From positions 1 to 38,058 of the IMG/VR virus record IMGVR_UViG_3300047359_000730: DNA of 38,058 bases. One strand, written 5' to 3'. A program made the position numbers and the translations under genes. The notes beneath the pieces were generated by a model. It made no database searches and was not told where the DNA came from. It worked only from the letters and a program-made list of their open reading frames with translations. This DNA comes from a virus (lineage: Duplodnaviria > Caudoviricetes). Shown in pieces: positions 27,854-34,937 of the stretch (the stretch's first letter is position 1; each line of letters starts with the position of its first letter).

Positions 27854-30800
27854 TAGTAACTATATCCTCCACCATTTGAATTATCCGAACTTCCAGAGTT
27901 AGGTGAACTTACACTACTACTCGAACTTGAATTACCAGTGCTTGTTGCACTTGTGTTTGCTGTATTTGATGTAGTAGATACAGTTCTACTTTGTACTTCA
28001 GATGTTGATGTAGTAATAGTTGTTACTACATTACCTGATGCTTGTAAATTATCAGCTGTTAGTTTGTCAACAATTTCTATATTATCAACCGTAGCAGCAC
28101 TAATAAATATTTCGTCTGATTCGGCACTTATTTCAAATAAACTACCAAATGTCTGTGTCGATCTTTTAGGTACAACAACTATACTCAACAAAGTCGGACT
28201 TAACACATTCATTATATAAGAACTAAGTTCTTGGAAGTAAAATGTGTCTCCAAAATCCCAATTCTCAATTTGAAAAAATTGATTTATTAAATCAATAATT
28301 CTACTCTTTAGTTCATTGTTGTTAATGGCAATTCTATCATTTTTTACAATTTTAAATGTTACTTGAAGATCTTCGTTAGCTTTATCGCCAAATAGCATTT
28401 TATACTTTACTGGATGAAACACGACTTCGTCACTTATGCTTTTTATTTGATAAATTTCAGACCCGTAGTTTCTAAATAACTCGTCAGTGCTAGGTGGTAA
28501 AGGCTTTACACTAACACCACCGTTAATGTATGCTCGCATTGCTTGGTCATATGATTTAACAAGCAAAAATGTATCTAAAATATTAGAAGTTGCTGGATCA
28601 ATTCTATAATTAGAATCAGAAACATGTACATAATGAAATTTTAAATTATCTCTACCTATAAATGCTTTATAGTCATTTATAATACTAAGATTATTTTGAG
28701 TTTTATTTAATACCTTAAATAAATCAAAATCAGAAAAGTAAAAAATCTGTCCGTCATCAAAATTTACATAAGAACCTAATTCTGAATCATTAGCAAATTC
28801 AGTATTAATAGTACCATTGCTATTATCAAAATATCGTTGTGAAATGATGTTATCTTTTTTAGTAATTTTTTGGAATATATATTTGTCATTGCCGATAATA
28901 TCATTAAACACTCCTAGATTATCAGCTATACCATCTGAATCACTATCAACAAATTTTAACTGTATTTTAGTATTATCAACATAGCCAAACGAGTCAGTAT
29001 ATGAATTAGAAATATGCCAAACAAAATCATTGTTAAATGCTACGTTGCTTGATTGATCAGGCTGTGTATTAATATTTAAAACAGTAATTTTGTCTTGTTG
29101 TATTTGATTAGTCTTAGGATCATATACTTTGTTATTACCATCATAGAAGAATTTTATTTCATTTTTGCTTTCAAAAATGTATCTTATGTTTCTATAATTA
29201 ACTGTGTATCTTTGTCCGTTAGTTTTAAAATAAAATATCCAACTTGCATCTAAGTTAGCTGAAAGAGTACTACCAGCGTTTTGCAAGCCAAATTTAGAAG
29301 TTGTATTAATATCTTCTGATTTTATAAGTTTCCATTGAGCACTATTTTGATCATATCGTATGCCAAAATCTTTGTAAGAAAATGCTCTATCTATTATTTG
29401 AGTTTTTAAATCTGCAGGTAATGCTAACGCATATTTTGGCAGTATTTCTACTAGTAAAGAACCATTAGGAATTACGTCATTAAATGTAATAGGTCCTTGG
29501 CCTGTTATTGTGTTTAGCGTTCCGTCTGCATCGACTGATTGTACCGAAACCCATTTATATGTAGAAGAACCTGGGTGATCAGCTGCACCTGCCATTATTG
29601 TATCGCCCATAAAGTGATACCCTGTAGGTGCTTCAAATTTACATAATGCTCCTGCTTGTAAATTTGTAAGTGCATTTACTGTATAAGTTCCTACCGGGTA
29701 AATGTTATCATTGTCAATGTTGTTTCCGCTAGGTGTAGAAAATATTTCGCCGCTATCAAGAGTCTTTTCAAAATAACCAGTAGATGCATTTGTAGTTGAT
29801 GTAACTTGTTTCCAATATGCTTGTAAATCGATTGTACTTTGTTTAAAGAAGTTTGCAATATAAAAATTTCTTACACTTGAAGATTTAATCCTAGGTTCAA
29901 TATCACTATATAATATGCCTTCAATGTCAGATTGTGTTACAAACGAGAAATTAAAACTATCTGTAAATTCTTCTTTATATAATACTCCGTCATTACCGTA
30001 TAAGTTTGTTGCTGAATACTTACCGCTTGGATCTCGTAAATCTAAATATCTACTTACTCCACTTGATATTCTGTTTACAGTTCGTGTTTTAATAATATCC
30101 TGATCAATTCCCAAAGGACCAATATTATAGTCTTCAGCAGTTATTAGTCTATTTTGTGTATAATAAGTTGCCGGGGCATTTTGTTTTATATCTGCATCTG
30201 TTTCTGACGGTCTTGCATTTGTTACAGAGTTTTTTAGTCCTAATGTAATTGTTAATGTTTCTTGTCTATTAATTTTACTTACATATGGAATTTCGATTGT
30301 TACATTGTTAATAGATTTAGGGTTAATTACCATATTCCTATTATCACTAGTTCTATAATATAAACGAAATTTACCTGCAGGTAAATTTCCAAATACACCA
30401 TCACTAAACACAAGATTTACTCTATCACTTACTCGTGTAGTAACTGCATAAACATTTTTGTTATTAGCAAATAAACTGTTATAAATTATATTGTTACCTT
30501 CAACTGAATCAAGCTTAGTCCATAAATCAAGTTCAAAGCCGTTAGTGTCAATACCGTATAGCCATAAATCAGAATTGTTAATATTTGAATTATCAATAGC
30601 AACAGTTTGGTTTGGGATTGGGTTAGTAATATCAAACACAGCACTATCCATTGTACCCTGTCTAAAGTGCATAAAAAATCCTGTATTTGAGCTTCCAGCG
30701 CCCTGCCCGTCATTTCGGTACACAAAAGATGGACTAACTCCAGGTAATGGCGGTTCTTCAATTATTGAATCTTCACTTATAATTGTACTTGTAACTTCAA

Positions 30801-31434
30801 ATTTAGTAGCTATTCCTTCTACTACAGCTTCAAAATTATATATTGGAACATCTGCATTTAACGCATTAAATGTATATTGCTCAGTAGTAATATTTTGTAA
30901 ATTTGCAATGTTAGATGGATTTCCTATAGAGTTTTCACCCGGTAGTGCAGAATTTAAAATTTTATTAAATTGTTCAAAATAGTTAGGATTTGATCTGTCA
31001 TTCCATACTACAGTTTTATTAGCTAAATTATTACCATTAGTATCAATAATACCTTCAGTAGTTGATACACTATCAAACTTTAACAATCCATTAGCTGCTT
31101 TGTTCCTTGTAGGATTATACGAAATTAATCGAGCTAATCTTAGCACACTTTCTCGGCGCTCTGCTGTTTCTAAAAAGTTTTCTCTAGCATTTAAGTCAAT
31201 TCTGAAGGATAAATTTTGTCCTAAAAATGCAATTAAATCGATTAGCGCAAGATATTCTGAACTTTCAATATAATCATTAAAGTCTTCTGGGTAATTTTGA
31301 CGTAGGTAATTAATCATTGTTCTACGTAAGTTGTCAAAGTCGTAACTTTGGAAGTCTGCATTGCGGAAAGATTGATAAACTCGTTTCCAATCTTCTGTTG
31401 CTAATAATCGCGATTGCCTATCAGTTGATGACAT
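27853..31434 (-). CDS. Baseplate wedge subunit, T4 gp6-like
   Basis: DFDNLR..MINYLR..YPEDFNDYIESS....LIDLIA...NARENFLETA.RRESVLRLARLISYNP and ETDADIKQNAP..Y.TQNRLITAEDY. Start re-called to ATG 31434 after AAGGA. Confidence 0.88.
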   Translation of the reverse strand: MSSTDRQSRLLATEDWKRVYQSFRNADFQSYDFDNLRRTMINYLRQNYPEDFNDYIESSEYLALIDLIAFLGQNLSFRIDLNARENFLETAERRESVLRLARLISYNPTRNKAANGLLKFDSVSTTEGIIDTNGNNLANKTVVWNDRSNPNYFEQFNKILNSALPGENSIGNPSNIANLQNITTEQYTFNALNADVPIYNFEAVVEGIATKFEVTSTIISEDSIIEEPPLPGVSPSFVYRNDGQGAGSSNTGFFMHFRQGTMDSAVFDITNPIPNQTVAIDNSNINNSDLWLYGIDTNGFELDLWTKLDSVEGNNIIYNSLFANNKNVYAVTTRVSDRVNLVFSDGVFGNLPAGKFRLYYRTSDNRNMVINPKSINNVTIEIPYVSKINRQETLTITLGLKNSVTNARPSETDADIKQNAPATYYTQNRLITAEDYNIGPLGIDQDIIKTRTVNRISSGVSRYLDLRDPSGKYSATNLYGNDGVLYKEEFTDSFNFSFVTQSDIEGILYSDIEPRIKSSSVRNFYIANFFKQSTIDLQAYWKQVTSTTNASTGYFEKTLDSGEIFSTPSGNNIDNDNIYPVGTYTVNALTNLQAGALCKFEAPTGYHFMGDTIMAGAADHPGSSTYKWVSVQSVDADGTLNTITGQGPITFNDVIPNGSLLVEILPKYALALPADLKTQIIDRAFSYKDFGIRYDQNSAQWKLIKSEDINTTSKFGLQNAGSTLSANLDASWIFYFKTNGQRYTVNYRNIRYIFESKNEIKFFYDGNNKVYDPKTNQIQQDKITVLNINTQPDQSSNVAFNNDFVWHISNSYTDSFGYVDNTKIQLKFVDSDSDGIADNLGVFNDIIGNDKYIFQKITKKDNIISQRYFDNSNGTINTEFANDSELGSYVNFDDGQIFYFSDFDLFKVLNKTQNNLSIINDYKAFIGRDNLKFHYVHVSDSNYRIDPATSNILDTFLLVKSYDQAMRAYINGGVSVKPLPPSTDELFRNYGSEIYQIKSISDEVVFHPVKYKMLFGDKANEDLQVTFKIVKNDRIAINNNELKSRIIDLINQFFQIENWDFGDTFYFQELSSYIMNVLSPTLLSIVVVPKRSTQTFGSLFEISAESDEIFISAATVDNIEIVDKLTADNLQASGNVVTTITTSTSEVQSRTVSTTSNTANTSATSTGNSSSSSSVSSPNSGSSDNSNGGGYSY

Positions 31435-31438
31435 AAAA

Positions 31439-31475
31439 ATTTCCTTCAATAATGTTTATATTTATGCAAGGAAAT
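31439..31475 (-). promoter_or_regulatory. RBS-sequestering hairpin with TAAATA in its loop
   Basis: Perfect 8-bp inverted repeat atttcctt (31439-31446) / aaggaaat (31468-31475). One arm contains the SD; TAAATA lies at 31459-31464. Confidence 0.55.
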
Positions 31476-31489
31476 AATAGTATCTGTTA

Positions 31490-31927
31490 TTAATCTTTAG
31501 TGCTTTGTTGATCAAAACGAAACAATAATTGCTCTGAAATATTGTAAGGCAGATAAGATAATAAACAACTTACTTCAATGCCTGATTCATAAGTATCAAC
31601 AAATACATTCTCAACTTGAACTCTCGGATCATAGTTTACAATATTTGTAACATTTTCTAATATAGCATCTCGCACATCATCTGTAAATGGTTCCCATAAC
31701 AGATCCCAAATCACACATCCAAAATACGGATCACTTAGTTTTTCGCCACGTTGTATATGAAAATGATTAATAATATCTTGCTTAATAAGCTCAAAATCAT
31801 ATAATGCAAATCCTTCAGTATTTTCGTTAATACTAGAGAATCCTCTATAAGATCTTCCAACTGATGATGGCGTTGGTTTACCTTGTACAGTAACCCTTTT
31901 GTATAGATTTTTTTCTAATGAACTCAT
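31490..31927 (-). CDS. Baseplate wedge subunit, T4 gp25-like
   Basis: YRGFS...DFELIKQDIINHFHIQRGEKLSDPYFGCVIWDLLWEP...IVNYDPRV. Lies between the gp5-like and gp6-like genes. Confidence 0.9.
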   Translation of the reverse strand: MSSLEKNLYKRVTVQGKPTPSSVGRSYRGFSSINENTEGFALYDFELIKQDIINHFHIQRGEKLSDPYFGCVIWDLLWEPFTDDVRDAILENVTNIVNYDPRVQVENVFVDTYESGIEVSCLLSYLPYNISEQLLFRFDQQSTKD

Positions 31928-31931
31928 ACTG

Positions 31932-31937
31932 TATTTA
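31932..31937 (-). promoter_or_regulatory. TAAATA late-promoter-like motif, 4 nt before ATG
   Basis: Minus strand GTAAATACAGTATG; no SD between motif and start codon. Confidence 0.55.
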
Positions 31938-31939
31938 CC

Positions 31940-34909
31940 TTATGCAAATGCCGACCGAATACGGGTAGTTTGTTGAGCTCTACCACTAGATATTTTAGAA
32001 GCCCACGTTGCTGTTTGATTAAACCAAGAAAGGGTGCCGGCTCTGTCAGTTCCGACAATATCTACGTGTATATTACTAGGCCAAGTCATATAAGGTCTGC
32101 CATTCTTTTTGTAGCCGCCTACTGCACTACTTCCGCCATATTTAATAAACAGTCTTCCAAATTCTGCACCTAATGCAGTATTCCATAATATTTGATTTTC
32201 TGGACTTACTGAGTTTTCATAAATTCTAATATCAGCAGCAGATCCAAAATTATGTCTAGGCGATCCTGTGCCTACTAACATCTCAGGTTCGGATGGATGT
32301 ACCCAACCTTTTTGACCATCAATCGTTTTTTCCCAGCCGCCTTCTGATAGACACTGGTCTTTTGGCATTTGTCCGCCGCTAAAGATTTCTACTTTTACAT
32401 CTAATTCTAATGCAACTTTAATTAACAAATCTTCAAGTCGTTGTTCGCATCTAAGCCTACGAGCCTTATTACCTTTATTAGTATAGTATAACGGATCTCT
32501 GTCTACTCCTTCTTCACCGTATTTTACTCTGCCGTATGATTGTCCAGTTCCGGAGTATGGACGGTAATCAGGGTCAGTTGCAGGTGGAGTTTGTGAACTA
32601 GGTGTTCGATTAATTGGCATAGTATCAGCTTCGTCGTTTTCGCCACTGTTAGATATAGTACTACTAGTAATATTACCGCCTGTGCCTAATACTCTAATAG
32701 AACTAGCAGCTGATTTACCTTTATCAAACGCATCAGGAGCAATAAACACATCAGTACTTGTAAGTGTACCAATCGATTCTCTATCTGTCTTGTCTCTTTT
32801 AAATTCTACAGGGTTTAAATTCTCATGATGTGGCCAAGGCTCATGTTGCGGTGCTCTTGGCACAATAGTTTGGTACGGAGTCGGCGTAGGATTACCTGGA
32901 AATACATATGGAAGTGTGTGAGTACTTAAAGGCATAACGTTACCATATCCTCCGCTATCTCCATTAGCCTTACCACCATTATCTCCTCCAGATGATAATC
33001 CAGGACTTGCACTTACTAACGCACCTGATGCAGTTTTATTAGGTAGTGGTAACTTCGTATTTTTTGCTAATGCCGCAGGTATTGATGTTGGTGCTGATCC
33101 TGAAAAACTAAAACTATGCGAATTTAATTTTTGATCATCACCGCTTCCAGTATCAGACCATACACCGCCAGCACTTGTTCCGTTAACACTGCCTGCTGTT
33201 AGGGCTGAAATATCTGCTGTTGATTTAACTTGTAAATTTCCATCAATATAACTATCAGTTGCTTTTATATTAACTAGACTAGATTCTATATCTAGTTCGC
33301 CGGTACTTTTATGATGAATTGTTCCTGCTGACAGATTGCTAATCTTAGAAGTGTCAGCAGTTAATGTTTCATTAACAATATCCTTTTGTGCAACATTTTG
33401 TATATCGCCGACTATAGTTTTGTTTAATATATTTTGTCCAGCTGTTGTGTTTATAGTGTTACCGACTTTGGTGTTTATATCCTCGCCAATATTAAAGTTT
33501 GCAAATTCACCGTCTAAGTGATAAATTCCTTCTACAAAATCATACATATTAGACCCGGATGTTCTATAAAAACTATGCGCTGACTTTAAATGTATGTCGC
33601 CTTCAGACTCTAAATAAATGTGTTTTGCCTTAATACTTAATATTTCATTTTGTGAGAAATTATTAGCGCCGCCTGCAGAAGTATTGTTATTACCTTTTAC
33701 AGCAATATTGTAATCTCGCTCTGCAAGAATATTTGTATCAAATAAACTTTCAATTTGCACTCGGCCACTTTCAATACCAGCTTCACTTGCCTTATAATCG
33801 CTCCAACGTGCAGACGCTTTAACATTTACATTTCTACCTGCTTCCATATTAATATCACGTTCAGCAGTAAAATTTAAGTCGGTATCTGTCATTACTGAAA
33901 TACTGTCTTGAGCATGTATGTCTATTTTACCATCAGACGATAATTCGATCCAAGCTGTACCTCTTGAATTAGCAATATAGATTAAATCTTCTGAATTATG
34001 TAATAAAATCTGATGTCCAGTTCTAGTTCTAAAACGCAGTAATTCATTATGAGGAATAGTTTCGTCACCACCTTCTTCTAGTCGCTGTCTATTAACATAT
34101 ATAGGTGGTCCATCCTCGGCATGTGTTGCTCTTATTAACTTATCGTCTCCGTCATCCATTACAAAACTACTACCACCGAGTCTATTAAACGGTACTTCAA
34201 CGCCGCCGTCGGTTTCGCCATAATGAGCTTTAGGACTACCCTGGCGCTTATCCATTGGTCCTGGAGTAGAAAGTCCAAATACCATACTCGGTACTTCTCT
34301 CACTGCGCTTGTTGTAGTTGTTCCTCTTGCTTCGTCTTCAAGTAATCCCTGAATCTGTAAAACACTTGTAAAATCTTTATTATATGGTCTAGCAAACTGT
34401 GACGGATTTGTCTTTTCACCTGTTTCAAACGCTTTGTTATATTCGCCTACAGGTAGTTTTTTACCTTTTAATTCTTTTGGCGTTTTTTCTGTAGTATTTT
34501 TTGTGCTAGGACGTCCGTCCGGTACTGCAAAATTCATGTTGTGATCAGGTATACATCCGATCCAATAACCATTACTAGAATTTCCTTCTGCGAATATAAC
34601 CAATACTCTAGTTCCATAATCTGGCGGAACTGCCCACATGCCATAACTTTGTTGAGAATTTTCAAAACCGTCTTTAGCCTTTAAATCATTTACCGGGGTT
34701 ACTCCATAAAACGGAGATAGGTATTTTACCTTTACTAGTTGTCCACTACGTTGCGGTGTATTACTAGCTGCGTTGTGTCGTAAAATTTCAACCTCTAACG
34801 ACCCTTGGTAATGAGGATCCAGATGGTTTATAATTATTGCTTCAAACGGGCCAGGGCCTCGTAAATTTGCATTTTTTAAAAGTCTAGTTCTTTGATAACT
34901 CAGTGACAT
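31940..34909 (-). CDS. Baseplate central spike (gp5/VgrG-like) with C-terminal M15-like Zn peptidase, 989 aa
   Basis: OB-fold segment DPHYQGSLEV...SYGMWAVPPDYGTRVLVIF; beta-helix repeats RTRTGHQILL...; PQHEPWPHHE; C-terminal SGG...HNFGSAAD (HxxxxxxD)...IHVD. Confidence 0.82.
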   Translation of the reverse strand: MSLSYQRTRLLKNANLRGPGPFEAIIINHLDPHYQGSLEVEILRHNAASNTPQRSGQLVKVKYLSPFYGVTPVNDLKAKDGFENSQQSYGMWAVPPDYGTRVLVIFAEGNSSNGYWIGCIPDHNMNFAVPDGRPSTKNTTEKTPKELKGKKLPVGEYNKAFETGEKTNPSQFARPYNKDFTSVLQIQGLLEDEARGTTTTSAVREVPSMVFGLSTPGPMDKRQGSPKAHYGETDGGVEVPFNRLGGSSFVMDDGDDKLIRATHAEDGPPIYVNRQRLEEGGDETIPHNELLRFRTRTGHQILLHNSEDLIYIANSRGTAWIELSSDGKIDIHAQDSISVMTDTDLNFTAERDINMEAGRNVNVKASARWSDYKASEAGIESGRVQIESLFDTNILAERDYNIAVKGNNNTSAGGANNFSQNEILSIKAKHIYLESEGDIHLKSAHSFYRTSGSNMYDFVEGIYHLDGEFANFNIGEDINTKVGNTINTTAGQNILNKTIVGDIQNVAQKDIVNETLTADTSKISNLSAGTIHHKSTGELDIESSLVNIKATDSYIDGNLQVKSTADISALTAGSVNGTSAGGVWSDTGSGDDQKLNSHSFSFSGSAPTSIPAALAKNTKLPLPNKTASGALVSASPGLSSGGDNGGKANGDSGGYGNVMPLSTHTLPYVFPGNPTPTPYQTIVPRAPQHEPWPHHENLNPVEFKRDKTDRESIGTLTSTDVFIAPDAFDKGKSAASSIRVLGTGGNITSSTISNSGENDEADTMPINRTPSSQTPPATDPDYRPYSGTGQSYGRVKYGEEGVDRDPLYYTNKGNKARRLRCEQRLEDLLIKVALELDVKVEIFSGGQMPKDQCLSEGGWEKTIDGQKGWVHPSEPEMLVGTGSPRHNFGSAADIRIYENSVSPENQILWNTALGAEFGRLFIKYGGSSAVGGYKKNGRPYMTWPSNIHVDIVGTDRAGTLSWFNQTATWASKISSGRAQQTTRIRSAFA

Positions 34910-34931
34910 TCTTACTACCTATATTTGTCAT

Positions 34932-34937
34932 TATTTA
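34932..34937 (-). promoter_or_regulatory. TAAATA late-promoter-like motif overlapping the upstream stop codon
   Basis: TAA(stop)ATA, 22 nt before the spike ATG. Confidence 0.4.

Noticed and set aside
27853-34909. Bacterial T6SS/eCIS/tailocin locus instead of phage
   Set aside because: T4-type gp6, a giant wedge-like protein, multiple fibres, TAAATA motifs and no host genes favour a lytic phage. Capsid genes are outside the window, so this is not formally excluded.
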